From a virus (lineage: Duplodnaviria; Caudoviricetes): a stretch of DNA of 44,397 nt. The stretch lies in the IMG/VR virus record IMGVR_UViG_3300022895_000146, positions 1-44,397 of that record. One strand, given 5' to 3'. The notes under the pieces are model-generated. The model ran no database searches. It saw nothing but the letters and a program-made list of their open reading frames with translations, and had not been told where the DNA came from. A program made the translations under genes and the position numbers. Positions 26,408 through 36,700 of the stretch are shown here, piece by piece. The stretch's first letter is position 1. Each line of letters starts with the position of its first letter.

Positions 26408-26432
26408 TAATTTATAAAAGGAGGACCATTCA

Positions 26433-26876
26433 ATGATTACAGAATACGGACAGTACATGCCGATTGTAGGCAGTCCAGGACAATTAGCAAATTATCAGGA
26501 GTATGCAGCAGACAGTTACCCAGCAAAGGAAGTTATTCCATTTGGTGCGGCTGTGCAATTGAGCGCAGATGGTACAGGGATTGTACCAGTTAAAACAGGA
26601 GGTTCGCCGATCGGTATTGCGTTGTCACGTGGAATTCATGACTACACAACAAATGCAGATGACCAAAAATATTTAGTTGGCCAACCAGTGCCAGTTGTGA
26701 AGCGAGGCAATATTTTTGTTGTAGCAGGTGGCGATGTGACTAATGGATCGACTGTTCAAGTTGACACAGCTACAGGTAAATTTATCGCAAGTGGCGGCAT
26801 TGATTTTTCACGTGCTGTATTTCGTGCGAATGCTGTTGCCGATGCATTAGTACAAATTGAAATTAACTTACCTTAA
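26433..26876 (+). CDS. Head decoration/cement protein
   Basis: Small beta-rich protein immediately before the major capsid gene. Confidence 0.7.
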   Translation: MITEYGQYMPIVGSPGQLANYQEYAADSYPAKEVIPFGAAVQLSADGTGIVPVKTGGSPIGIALSRGIHDYTTNADDQKYLVGQPVPVVKRGNIFVVAGGDVTNGSTVQVDTATGKFIASGGIDFSRAVFRANAVADALVQIEINLP

Positions 26877-26890
26877 AGGAGGAACAATCA

Positions 26891-27784
26891 ATGTCACAAT
26901 TTCGTGAAGATGCTTTACTACGCCCACAGGATTTAGAGGCAGTAGATAAGAAAATTTATGAGCCAAAGAAAGAGGAACTAAAGGCTCGTACGATTTTAAA
27001 TGTAAAAACAGATGTACCTGCAGGAGCGGAGACATACTCCTATGATGTGATGACACGTTCAGGTTCAGCTAAAATTTTAGCACCAGGAGCAACGGATATT
27101 CCGCTAGTAGATGCTGATTTAGAACGCCATACGGTCAATATTTATTCGATTGCAACAGCCTTTAACTTATCTGTACAAGAAATTCGTAATGCACAAATGG
27201 CGCGCCGTCCCGTTGAAGTGACAAAAGCTGATACAGCTCGCAAAGCCATTGCAGAGAAGGAAAATAAACTTGTGTGGATGGGAGACAAAGACCATAATAT
27301 TTCAGGTGTGGTGAATGCCACTGGCATTCAAGTGTTAGCTGTCCCAAACGCGGGCACATCAACAAAATGGAAGGACAAAAAAGGTGTCGATATTGTAGAG
27401 GACATCAAAAAGGCGAAAAACTTAGTTAATAAGTTGCCTGGTCATGAAGCAGACACGCTTTTAGTAGCTGCAGAACAATACGAACATTTAGAAAAAGTCT
27501 ACAATGAACACACAATGCAGACGTGTTTACAGTACATTCAATCACAAAATTGGTTCAAACGTATTGATTATACGTCTGATCTTAATGGACAAGGCACTGC
27601 TGGCACAGATTGTTTCTTAGTGTTCGATTCATCCCCTGATGTGGTGGAAATGCTTGTATCGATGGATATTACACGTCATCCACAGGAGTACAAATTCCCA
27701 AATTATAAGATTCCGCTTGAAGAGCGTTGCGGCGGTGCTATTGTTCGCTATCCAATGGCTATTGTGCGCGGGGAGGGTATCTGA
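26891..27784 (+). CDS. Major capsid protein (DUF2184/encapsulin-like HK97 fold)
   Basis: L..VD..IYE, DIPLVD and GG..VRYP.A motifs; synteny. Confidence 0.88.
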   Translation: MSQFREDALLRPQDLEAVDKKIYEPKKEELKARTILNVKTDVPAGAETYSYDVMTRSGSAKILAPGATDIPLVDADLERHTVNIYSIATAFNLSVQEIRNAQMARRPVEVTKADTARKAIAEKENKLVWMGDKDHNISGVVNATGIQVLAVPNAGTSTKWKDKKGVDIVEDIKKAKNLVNKLPGHEADTLLVAAEQYEHLEKVYNEHTMQTCLQYIQSQNWFKRIDYTSDLNGQGTAGTDCFLVFDSSPDVVEMLVSMDITRHPQEYKFPNYKIPLEERCGGAIVRYPMAIVRGEGI

Positions 27785-28104
27785 TGTTAGTACACAACAA
27801 AGGCAATTACACACGTATTGCAAATGATGTAAAGGTTATTCCGGGCGCAAATACATTACAAGAAGCTGAATATATGGCTTTTGTTGCACACCCAATCATT
27901 AAAGGTTTGATTAAAAGCGGCGAAATTGTTGTACCAGAAGGACAAAAAACCGCTTCTCTCAAGGATTTAGATGCAGATGAAGCAATGAAACTTGTAAAAG
28001 ATACGTTTTCTATTGAATTTTTAGAGAAATTTAAAGAAGATGAGAAACGCAAAACGGTTTTAGCTGCTATTGATGCTCAAATTGCTGAAATTAAAGGGAA
28101 CTAA
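27784..28104 (+). CDS. Hypothetical head-associated protein
   Basis: TGATG coupling with the capsid gene. C-terminal E.RKTVL.AI motif. Confidence 0.7.
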   Translation: MLVHNKGNYTRIANDVKVIPGANTLQEAEYMAFVAHPIIKGLIKSGEIVVPEGQKTASLKDLDADEAMKLVKDTFSIEFLEKFKEDEKRKTVLAAIDAQIAEIKGN

Positions 28105-28125
28105 TATGAAAGTGAGGTGTATTTT

Positions 28126-28491
28126 ATGCCTACTTTAACAACAATTGAACGTGTGCGCTTATTAGGAGCCGAATTTGAGGCTATTTCTGATGCCCGATTG
28201 GAGTTATGTATTGAGGATGCTTCGCTGGAAGTGTCCTCTTTGTGTATTCCTGCGGCGCATCACGAGCGCCTTACACGCTATTTAGCCGCACACCTAGCAA
28301 TTCTATCGACAGAACCAAAACAAGCCGTTATACGCGAAAAAGTAGACGTTATAGAACGTCAATATAGTGATCCAAATAAAAACTTAGGGATTTTAGGCAC
28401 TAAGTACGGACAAGAATACCAACGAATTTTAGAAGATTTAGCCGAGTTAGAAAAAGATCCGAAAAAACATTTGAATTTGATGGTGATTTAG
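28126..28491 (+). CDS. Head-tail adaptor (DUF4054-like)
   Basis: YLAAHL and T.YGQEY motifs. Confidence 0.75.
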   Translation: MPTLTTIERVRLLGAEFEAISDARLELCIEDASLEVSSLCIPAAHHERLTRYLAAHLAILSTEPKQAVIREKVDVIERQYSDPNKNLGILGTKYGQEYQRILEDLAELEKDPKKHLNLMVI

Positions 28492-28953
28492 ATGAGTGTA
28501 CAAATTCAAAACAGGAACAATATTCCTCGAATCATACAGTCACTAAAGGAATTGAGAAAATATGAAATCGAAGTAGGGATTTTCGGAGGACAGGGAGCCG
28601 AATATGTCATGATTGCGGCAGTACATGAGTTTGGAGTCACAATCCGTAAAGGAAGCGGATCAATTGTCATTCCCGAACGGTCATTTTTACGGTCCACATT
28701 CGATGAAAAGCAAGATGAATGGGTTAAATTTGTGAAAAAGCAAATGGAACATTTATTAAATCTTCGCATAAACGCTCGAACATTATGTGAACGACTGGGT
28801 GCAAAGATGGTAGCGGATATCCAAGAGAAAATAACCGATTTAGATACGCCACCCAATGCACCAGCTACTATTGCTCAGAAAGGCTCTAGTAATCCGTTGA
28901 TTGATAGTGGTGGCTTGCGTATGCGTATTACTTACAAGGTGGTGCAAAAATAA
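28492..28953 (+). CDS. Neck/tail completion protein
   Basis: A.VHEFG..IPERSFLRST..PPNAP.TI..KGSS.PLID.G. Confidence 0.75.
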   Translation: MSVQIQNRNNIPRIIQSLKELRKYEIEVGIFGGQGAEYVMIAAVHEFGVTIRKGSGSIVIPERSFLRSTFDEKQDEWVKFVKKQMEHLLNLRINARTLCERLGAKMVADIQEKITDLDTPPNAPATIAQKGSSNPLIDSGGLRMRITYKVVQK

Positions 28954-29294
28954 TGCCCGAAAAGATGTTGTTTGCCTCTGTTATCCAATCGCAAGGTGTG
29001 CCTTTTGTGGCATTTTTAGAGAGCGAGGGTGATTATGTTGATGGCGATTGGTTTGACGGTCAGGAAGTATCTAAGGAAATGCTCGGCATTATCTTGCCCC
29101 TATCTAATGATGATGTAAAGTATGTAGAAAATGGCATATATACTGTCAAGGAGCGTAAGTTGCTGACGGTGGAGCAAATTCCAGAAGACACTAAGGTAGA
29201 ATACAATGGCTCAAAATATACTGTACAAGCCTTCAAGGATTATTCAGCATATACAGACGTGAATATCTATCTAATGCGGTGGCGCGAAAAATGA
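28953..29294 (+). CDS. Head closure protein (putative)
   Basis: Synteny and size. Confidence 0.6.
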   Translation: MPEKMLFASVIQSQGVPFVAFLESEGDYVDGDWFDGQEVSKEMLGIILPLSNDDVKYVENGIYTVKERKLLTVEQIPEDTKVEYNGSKYTVQAFKDYSAYTDVNIYLMRWREK

Positions 29295-29776
29295 ATTTAA
29301 TGAAATTAATTCGTAATGAAGTAGCTGCTGATACATCGATAACGATTATTCGTGCAGATCAGCTCGGAAAGTTGCCATCTTTGCCATATGCCACTTATAA
29401 AATCATTGGAGATAGGAAAGGGCGAGGTCGTGAAAATCTTTCTCACACAAACCAACCTGACGCCTTAATTGAAACAAGATCACAGGAACGCAACGCCACA
29501 ATTTCATTCAATGTATACGGAACTTCGCATGATAACGCTTATGAAGTGGCTATACAACTTCGTAGGTGGTTTGAGGGGCGAGGTTCTTTCTTTTTGGATG
29601 GATTGGGTGTAGCAGTTGCAAGTGTTTCTGATGTTACCAATCGCACGACATTTTTAGTTGATTCCTACGATGAAAAATGGGGCTTCGATGCAATAATCAG
29701 ATACAACGAAACAGATGAATACGAAATTGATTACTTCGACAAGGTGGAATATGAAGTAATCGTGGAAAGGGAGTGA
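29291..29776 (+). CDS. Tail/neck terminator protein (putative)
   Basis: P.LPYATY motif, directly before the sheath gene. Confidence 0.65.
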   Translation: MNLMKLIRNEVAADTSITIIRADQLGKLPSLPYATYKIIGDRKGRGRENLSHTNQPDALIETRSQERNATISFNVYGTSHDNAYEVAIQLRRWFEGRGSFFLDGLGVAVASVSDVTNRTTFLVDSYDEKWGFDAIIRYNETDEYEIDYFDKVEYEVIVERE

Positions 29777-29780
29777 AGGC

Positions 29781-30806
29781 ATGGCTGCATCTGATAAATC
29801 ACGTTTTGTCGAGGTCAATATTACTCGAGAAACTAAGCCAGTGAGTGAAAAGGGCTTCGGTTTGCCACTGATGTTGGCAACAAGCAAAGCCTTAGATTAT
29901 AAGGTTTACACAGATATTTCCGAAGTGTCGGAGGATTTTGCGGAAACGACAAAGGAATACAAACTTGCCACTCGTATGTTTGGGCAGTCCCCAAAAATTC
30001 GCGAGCTAGCTTGCTATGGTGTTTCTTACGTTGCAGAGGCAGACGATGTATCAGCATTGTCAGCAGCATTAAATGACCTAGTTACAACTGATAACGATTG
30101 GTTCTATCTAGTGTCTACAGCTAATGGTGATGCAGAAATTAAGGAGCTATGTAACTGGATATCTACGCAAGAAAAAATCTATGGTGTGACAACAAAAAAT
30201 ATAGCTCTATCAGGAGAAATAAAAAATCTGTATGAAAATGTATTGTTATCGGTACATGACGATGAACACGCTTATCATGCAGAGGGGCTTATTGCATACG
30301 GTGCGCCACAAGTCATCGGCTCCTATGTGTTTAGTCATAAACAGGTCAATGGAGTACGTGCTGCTAAGCTGTCTAACGCTGAAATTAACACGATTATCTC
30401 CAATAATGCGACAACATGTATCAGTGAAATGGGCTGGTTAATCAACGCATCAGGAAAAGCAGTTGGTGGCGAATATTTAGACGTGATTCAAGCTGATTAT
30501 TTCCTACGTGCACGCTTGCGCGAGGATATATTCCAACTACTTGCAACTGTCAAAAAAGTACCGTATACAGATGCAGGTATTGCGATGGTTGTAGCTCGCA
30601 TGGATACACGCTTTAAATCTGCTTATCGCCAAGGGATTATCGCAGAGGATGACAATGGCGATCCAGATTATCAAATTACATTCCCACGTCGTAAAGACAT
30701 CCCGAAAAATACGATTGCCCAGCGCATTTTACCAGAAGTTAACTTTAGAATTATCATTGCGGGTGGCGTGGAAAAAGTACAAATCAATGGTGTATTGGCA
30801 CTGTAA
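29781..30806 (+). CDS. Tail sheath protein (DUF3383-like)
   Basis: F.Q.P, G...GEY.D.I...D.L and K.PYTD.GI motifs. Confidence 0.85.
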   Translation: MAASDKSRFVEVNITRETKPVSEKGFGLPLMLATSKALDYKVYTDISEVSEDFAETTKEYKLATRMFGQSPKIRELACYGVSYVAEADDVSALSAALNDLVTTDNDWFYLVSTANGDAEIKELCNWISTQEKIYGVTTKNIALSGEIKNLYENVLLSVHDDEHAYHAEGLIAYGAPQVIGSYVFSHKQVNGVRAAKLSNAEINTIISNNATTCISEMGWLINASGKAVGGEYLDVIQADYFLRARLREDIFQLLATVKKVPYTDAGIAMVVARMDTRFKSAYRQGIIAEDDNGDPDYQITFPRRKDIPKNTIAQRILPEVNFRIIIAGGVEKVQINGVLAL

Positions 30807-30819
30807 GGAGGGACTTTAA

Positions 30820-31209
30820 ATGGCTGTACACAATTTTAAACATACACAAGTTATCGTAGCTGGCAATATTATTACTGGCTACGGTGATGGCGATGCTATT
30901 TCAGCAGAAGCGAACGAGGATAAGTGGTCACAAAGCGTTGGTGCAGATGGCGGTGTGACTTACAATGAATCCAACAATGAAACAGGTACACTCACATTAA
31001 AATTAAAGCCTAGTTCTGCATCTATACCTGTTTTGCATCAGCTCTATAAAAGTGGTGAGTCATTCGATTTTATGATCCAAGACACAGAATTAAATGTGCG
31101 TGCAACAGGTGAGGATTGCCGCATCCAAAAATGGCCGACATTTTCTCGCGCAGAGGAAGAGGAGCCACGCGAAATTATTATTTTAGCAGCACATTACAAA
31201 GAAGATTAA
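30820..31209 (+). CDS. Tail tube protein
   Basis: I.G...GD.I and VGADG motif, follows the sheath. Confidence 0.8.
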   Translation: MAVHNFKHTQVIVAGNIITGYGDGDAISAEANEDKWSQSVGADGGVTYNESNNETGTLTLKLKPSSASIPVLHQLYKSGESFDFMIQDTELNVRATGEDCRIQKWPTFSRAEEEEPREIIILAAHYKED

Positions 31210-31233
31210 TAAATATTAGGAGGAATAAGTATT

Positions 31234-31500
31234 ATGGCATTTCAACCAAAAACAAAAGAATTTACATCAAAAGCAGGTAATAAATATACTTTCCAAAACG
31301 TCATGAACTCAAAGCAAGCAGCAATTATAGATGAAGGCACAGGTTTAGGAGGGAAAGTAATTAACGTAAAAATGATGCCTTTGATGCTACAAAATGTTGT
31401 TGTGTCTCCTCAAGGGCTTACAATGGATGATTTTGATACATGGGAAGAACTAGAAGAGGTAACAAGCGAAGCAATAACCTTTCTTCAAACGGGACAATAA
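31234..31500 (+). CDS. Tail assembly chaperone (gpG-like)
   Basis: Lies between tube and tape measure. Ends with TTT-CTT before an open +1 frame. Confidence 0.7.
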   Translation: MAFQPKTKEFTSKAGNKYTFQNVMNSKQAAIIDEGTGLGGKVINVKMMPLMLQNVVVSPQGLTMDDFDTWEELEEVTSEAITFLQTGQ

Positions 31501-31684
31501 AAAATTATCATTCGCAGGGGTATCTAATATCCCTGCTCGTTATGTAAATAAAGTAAAAGGGAATCTATGGCCGTACGTAGTAGCAAAAGAATATAGCTTA
31601 GATCCTGATGTTGTTATGTCATGGGATAATGATTCTATTATTGAAGCTCTGGCAGCGTTAAAAGAGATGGGAGTGATTAAGTGA
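31478..31684 (+). CDS. Frameshift extension of the tail chaperone (gpT-like, +1 frame)
   Basis: Open +1 frame with no RBS-backed start, ending in a GTGA overlap with the tape measure start. Confidence 0.6.
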   Translation, partial: PFFKRDNKKLSFAGVSNIPARYVNKVKGNLWPYVVAKEYSLDPDVVMSWDNDSIIEALAALKEMGVIK

Positions 31685-33837
31685 GTAACCCCTTACGTGA
31701 TATGTATGTAGGTATTAGCATTCGCGATGAAGCAACTAGGACCTTATCACGAATAGATACTACGATGAATTCTCTCGAAAGTCATTTCAGGCGATTTGGT
31801 AGTAGTATTAATAGTTCATTTCATGGCATGAATGGTTTGAATTCACGAATTGATGCATCTGCAAATAATATGAGGATATTGCAAAGATACACCAATCGAC
31901 TAGAGCAAGAAATGTCAGAGGCTCGTAGTGAAATGCAACGTATGACTCAACGTATTAGTGCTGCAGAAGCTGAAACGGAAAGCCTAAGAAATGAAATGCA
32001 ACGTGTCAATAATCAAGTGAATAATGCAAATAAATCTATGGGTATTTTCGGGTCTACGGCTGGTAAAGTCAAAAATACTATTATAGGTATTGGTACGGCT
32101 ATAGGTGCGGTTAAAGTGGTCGAAAAAGGTATTAGTATGGTGAAAGGTTCTATAGATGGCGCTATAGGTCGTGTGGATACACTAAATGGTTTCCCTACTG
32201 TTATGGAAAAAATGGGCTTTGCTAGCGAAAAATCTTCAGCAAGTATAGATAAATTATCTAATGGCATTCAGGGTCTACCAACGACGTTAGATGGTATTGT
32301 CGGCAGTACAAAGAATATTGCACTTATGACTGGCGATTTAGACATGGCGACAGATACAGCGCTATCGTTAAATAACGCATTCATCGCGTCAGGATCAACG
32401 TCAGCAGATGCAGAACGTGGGCTTGATCAGTATGTAAAAATGCTATCTAAGGGTAAAGTTGAGGCCGATAGTTGGTCGACGCTACAAGAAACGATGGGCT
32501 TTGCGCTTAATAAGACGGCTGAGGCATTCGGTTTCACAGGAAAGTCGGCGCAACGAGATTTATATACTGCACTACAAAAAGGTAAAATCAAGTTTGAAGA
32601 TTTTAATAAAAAGATAATTTCATTGAATGGCGGTGTAGGAGGATTTGCTGAAATCGCTAAGGAGAGTAGTTCAGGCATCGCTACTTCATGGAGCAACATG
32701 AAAACTGCTGTAACAAGAGGTACGGCCGGTATTATCCAATCAATTCAAGATACACTAGCTGGAACCCCATTAAAATCAATCGAGAATGTATTAGGGTTAG
32801 TAGGTAAAGGATTTAGTACCACATTAGGTCTTGTTGCTGAAAAAATAAAGGGTATCGATGGTAAAAAGTTAGGAGATAAACTAAGCCAAGGTTTTAAAAC
32901 TGTCAAAAGTATAGCAATTCCGGCAATCGACGCAATTAAAACAGGTCTAGGTTGGTTAATTGAACACAAAGAGGCTGTGATAGCAGTGGGTGGAGGTATC
33001 GCTGCTGGTTTTGCAGCATTTAAGGGTATTAAAGCTGGTATCGATGCCTTTAAAACAATTAAAGGTTTTGCAGGGGCTTTCGCAATGTTATCAAATCCAG
33101 TTGGTATAGCTGCGTTAGCAATAGGTGGTTTAGTAATGGCTGGCATTTATTTATATAGAAACTGGGACACCATCAAAGCAAAAGCACTTGAATTATGGCT
33201 AACTTTACGTGAAAATCCTATGATGGCAATGGTGGCAGGACCTATTGGAGCTTTGATTAGTGCAGGTGTTTACTTATATAACAACTGGGATTCTATCAAA
33301 GAAAGAGCGATTGGCTTGTGGGCTACTATAACAGAAAAATTTGCGGAAATTAAGCAGTCTGTATCTGATTTTGTACAACCAGCTATTGGGTGGTTTGAGA
33401 CAATTGGTCAAAAATGGAATGACTTTAAAAGTTCCTTATCAAATTTTAAAGTTCCTGAATGGGTTTCTACAGTAGGGAGTAAAATTGGTAGTTTAGCTGG
33501 TGGTGGCGTGTTCAAAAAATTATTTAATGGGTCCCACGCTACTGGGTTAGAACGAGTGCCTTACGATGGCTATGTAGCAGAATTGCATAAAGACGAAACC
33601 GTACTAACAGCTCAACAATCATCTGCTTTGCGAAGTGCAGGGATGTTGACTCAAAATTCTGATGGCACACCAGAGCTGAATATGGGAGGCGGAGGAGCAA
33701 CCCAACAAGCACCAAATGCAGGCGGTGGAGGTCATCAATTTGTGTTTAATATTACAGGTGATAATCCTGTGGACATAGCTCAAAAAGTGCGTGAAATTAT
33801 TAGTGATGTGTTAGGAGAGGAATTACAAATTATGTAG
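31681..33837 (+). CDS. Tape measure protein
   Basis: 718 aa, A/G-rich, coiled coil, LY.NWD.IK repeats, HATGL..VP.DGY.AELH..E.VLTA. Confidence 0.92.
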   Translation: MSNPLRDMYVGISIRDEATRTLSRIDTTMNSLESHFRRFGSSINSSFHGMNGLNSRIDASANNMRILQRYTNRLEQEMSEARSEMQRMTQRISAAEAETESLRNEMQRVNNQVNNANKSMGIFGSTAGKVKNTIIGIGTAIGAVKVVEKGISMVKGSIDGAIGRVDTLNGFPTVMEKMGFASEKSSASIDKLSNGIQGLPTTLDGIVGSTKNIALMTGDLDMATDTALSLNNAFIASGSTSADAERGLDQYVKMLSKGKVEADSWSTLQETMGFALNKTAEAFGFTGKSAQRDLYTALQKGKIKFEDFNKKIISLNGGVGGFAEIAKESSSGIATSWSNMKTAVTRGTAGIIQSIQDTLAGTPLKSIENVLGLVGKGFSTTLGLVAEKIKGIDGKKLGDKLSQGFKTVKSIAIPAIDAIKTGLGWLIEHKEAVIAVGGGIAAGFAAFKGIKAGIDAFKTIKGFAGAFAMLSNPVGIAALAIGGLVMAGIYLYRNWDTIKAKALELWLTLRENPMMAMVAGPIGALISAGVYLYNNWDSIKERAIGLWATITEKFAEIKQSVSDFVQPAIGWFETIGQKWNDFKSSLSNFKVPEWVSTVGSKIGSLAGGGVFKKLFNGSHATGLERVPYDGYVAELHKDETVLTAQQSSALRSAGMLTQNSDGTPELNMGGGGATQQAPNAGGGGHQFVFNITGDNPVDIAQKVREIISDVLGEELQIM

Positions 33838-34377
33838 GTGGTGATAGGAATGCCATACATTAAAGATGTATTAATTGATGTAATTACAAAGGTGTCAATG
33901 CCTGAATCATCTACTACTACAGATCATGCACTTGAAGATGGTGAACAGATTACGGACCACGTAAAGAGCAATCCTATCACCATTTCACTGTCAGGAGTAA
34001 TTTTGGATGATACAGAAGCTAAAGTCTTAAAACTCCGTGAATACCGAGAAAAAGGCGAAATCATTGATTTTGACTATATGACAGCTTTAAAGCATGTAGT
34101 CATAACTGATTTCAATCGTGATTATGAGGCGAAGATTAAGGATGGATACGCTTTTACAATGACATTAAAGCAAATAACAGTAGCTAAGGTTGCTAAATTT
34201 GTTAGTGTATCAGTGCCAGTAAAAAAACAAACTAAACCTGTAAGTAACAAGGGACGACAGCAAAAGAAAAAAACTCCTTCCAAAACATCGAAAACGAAAA
34301 AAACCAAATATACTACACCGCCAAAATCATCCCAAAAAAAGAGTAGTGGATGGGCTGGATTGGAGGGGCGTAAATGA
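33838..34377 (+). CDS. Baseplate/tube initiator (Dit-like) protein
   Basis: T.H.LE.G..ITDH....P..ISLSG motif. Confidence 0.7.
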   Translation: MVIGMPYIKDVLIDVITKVSMPESSTTTDHALEDGEQITDHVKSNPITISLSGVILDDTEAKVLKLREYREKGEIIDFDYMTALKHVVITDFNRDYEAKIKDGYAFTMTLKQITVAKVAKFVSVSVPVKKQTKPVSNKGRQQKKKTPSKTSKTKKTKYTTPPKSSQKKSSGWAGLEGRK

Positions 34378-34694
34378 TGGATGAATACATTGACATTGAT
34401 AAAAATGAGATTCCATATGCCTTCGAAATGGAGTTGGCAGGAGAAATATTTGAATTTGAAGTCAATTACAATCATGCTCATGATTTCTTTACCTTAGATT
34501 TATTTAAAAATGGTGGGGCTCTTGTAGTTGGAGAAAAACTCGTTTTGAATCGTCCGCTATTCCAAAATAGGACAAGCATTGAGTTACCAAAAGTGCAAAT
34601 TATACCGAAAGACCGAGCTAATTCAGCTACTCGTATCACTTACGATAATCTGAATGAGACGGTCTTTTTATATGTAGGTGAAACAGATGGGTAA
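34374..34694 (+). CDS. Baseplate protein
   Basis: Synteny; YN...DFFT.DL..GEKLV. Confidence 0.65.
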   Translation: MMDEYIDIDKNEIPYAFEMELAGEIFEFEVNYNHAHDFFTLDLFKNGGALVVGEKLVLNRPLFQNRTSIELPKVQIIPKDRANSATRITYDNLNETVFLYVGETDG

Positions 34695-35523
34695 TTTATA
34701 CATGCGTAAAACTACATTTTTAGTAGGTGGGCGAGAAATTACGGATCCATTAACTATAAAATTTAGTGTTCCTTTCGGTGATAACGATAAAGTAGATACA
34801 ATTGACATCCAAGTTTATAACCTTAAGGATGAAACGATTAATTCCATAGCTGCAAACAAAGAAGCGATTTTAAGCGCTGGTTATGTTGATGACAATGGAG
34901 TGATTTTCAGTGGAACTTTAAAAAAGAAGGGAACTAAGTGGGAAGGGCTAGACAAAATCACAACATTTAAATGTATTGATTGCACTTTAGACTACACAAA
35001 AACAGTCATCAAACGGACCTATGGCCGCAATACAACCGCATCTTTGATTTTGCGAGAGTTAGCACGTGATGCAGGGCTTGCAATTGGTGATATTGATTTA
35101 CCTGTTGATTTTATTTATCGCTCAGGCAAAGCGCTCAATGGCAAAATTAAGTTTCTTGTTTCTGAAATTGCAAAGGATTGTGGGGCAAAGTTACACATTA
35201 ATAAAGGACGTATCTATGTACGGGACAGTAAAAAAGGCGATAATTTAGGGCTCGATATTTCCAAGGAAACAGGATTGATTGACGAACCTGAGGAAGTCGA
35301 GGAAGAAATGAAGGATGAAAAAGGTTCTAAATTAAAAAATGATAAGAAAAAAATTAAAGGCTACAAAATTAAAGTGTTGCTTAACCACCGTATTACAACA
35401 GATGTCATTATTAAACTTACATCTCGTAAAGTAAGCGGTGTTTTTCGTGTTTCTAAAGGCGAACATAAGGGCGATACATCCGGCCAAGAATACTACACAG
35501 AATGTGAGGTGGTGCCAGTATGA
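34687..35523 (+). CDS. Baseplate hub protein
   Basis: I.VYNL, L.AGY....IF.G and TGLI..P motifs. Confidence 0.75.
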   Translation: MGNLYMRKTTFLVGGREITDPLTIKFSVPFGDNDKVDTIDIQVYNLKDETINSIAANKEAILSAGYVDDNGVIFSGTLKKKGTKWEGLDKITTFKCIDCTLDYTKTVIKRTYGRNTTASLILRELARDAGLAIGDIDLPVDFIYRSGKALNGKIKFLVSEIAKDCGAKLHINKGRIYVRDSKKGDNLGLDISKETGLIDEPEEVEEEMKDEKGSKLKNDKKKIKGYKIKVLLNHRITTDVIIKLTSRKVSGVFRVSKGEHKGDTSGQEYYTECEVVPV

Positions 35524-36038
35524 CAAAAACATCAATGACTCAATTTGTAAGCGAATCTATCGAAGAAAGCCTGATGAATATGAATACATGTCTTATATGT
35601 GAGGTACTTGAGGTAGATATGAACTTGTATAAAGCTGATGTTCTCCCTTTAAATGATCCAGATGCTACACCGATTTTAGATGTGCCTATGGTATTTTGGC
35701 AAACAGAGCAATTCGTTATCCAAGTACCAATTAAAAAAGGCAATATTGTGTTAGTTGTCTGTTCACAGGCGGACATTGACCCTTTGATGTTTGGTGGAGG
35801 AAAGGCTGCAAGTAGGTCATTTAGTGCCAACGATGCATTAATAGTTGGTGGTGTTCATTATTTCACAAAACCACTGCAAAATGAGCATCCTGATGACCTT
35901 CTGCTCTCGGATAAAATATATAAAAATAAAATTCGAATAAATCCAGCGGGCGAAATATTCATGGAGTCAGAAGAAAACATTAATATTACATCGCAAAAAG
36001 ACGTCATCATTAAAGGGAGATATATATTCTTAAACTAG
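35520..36038 (+). CDS. Baseplate central spike (gp138/gpV-like)
   Basis: OB-fold motif DVP..P.KKG..VLV..S..DID..R.FS..DA. Confidence 0.75.
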   Translation: MTKTSMTQFVSESIEESLMNMNTCLICEVLEVDMNLYKADVLPLNDPDATPILDVPMVFWQTEQFVIQVPIKKGNIVLVVCSQADIDPLMFGGGKAASRSFSANDALIVGGVHYFTKPLQNEHPDDLLLSDKIYKNKIRINPAGEIFMESEENINITSQKDVIIKGRYIFLN

Positions 36039-36053
36039 GAAAGGAGAGTAACT

Positions 36054-36344
36054 ATGCCGAAAGCAATGAGATTAGGTGATTTATGTGATGGTGGTTGTGG
36101 AGCGCCCCCAGCACCAGCAATTGAAGCTAGCAACGATGTTTTTATCAATGGAATTCCTGCCAACCGACAAAATGACGCTTGGCAAATTCATTCCATCCCC
36201 CCTCCGCATGGGAGGGTAACTGTAAAAGGAAGTCCAAACGTATTTGTGAATAAATTAGGGCTATGTCGTAAAGGTGACAAGCTAACATGTGGAGCGAGAG
36301 CTGCAGAGGGTAGTCCCGATGTTTTTGTAAATGAGGAGATATAA
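36054..36344 (+). CDS. PAAR-domain spike tip protein
   Basis: A.RLGD, S.DVFING.PA.R, H....H, GSPNVFVN..R.GD..CG...GS.DVF. Confidence 0.9.
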   Translation: MPKAMRLGDLCDGGCGAPPAPAIEASNDVFINGIPANRQNDAWQIHSIPPPHGRVTVKGSPNVFVNKLGLCRKGDKLTCGARAAEGSPDVFVNEEI

Positions 36345-36700
36345 TGCACACGTTTAAGTACAACGATGACGGCGACTGGGTATTTAACGAACTGGTTGAC
36401 GGGGATGAACAGCTCATACAAAATTTAAAGCATCTGTTGCGCACAGTGGTTGGTGAATGGATGTTCAATGATAATCATGGCTTTCGTAGAGCAGTCATTG
36501 AACAAAAGATTCCCAATAAAAAGCAAGTGGTGCAAGCTATGCATGATTGTTTATATCAGGAACCACGTGTTGCTGAGGTTCTAAGCGTGGAGTATGATTT
36601 CAATCGTATTAAACGCCATCTTACAATTAATTTCAGAGCAAGAACAGTAGAAGGGCATGAGATTGGAGGGGAGGTTATTGTTAACCAAATCGGGGTTTAA
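36344..36700 (+). CDS. Baseplate wedge/sheath initiator (gp25-like)
   Basis: L.T..GEW.F...G and L..EPRV motifs. Confidence 0.75.
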   Translation: MHTFKYNDDGDWVFNELVDGDEQLIQNLKHLLRTVVGEWMFNDNHGFRRAVIEQKIPNKKQVVQAMHDCLYQEPRVAEVLSVEYDFNRIKRHLTINFRARTVEGHEIGGEVIVNQIGV

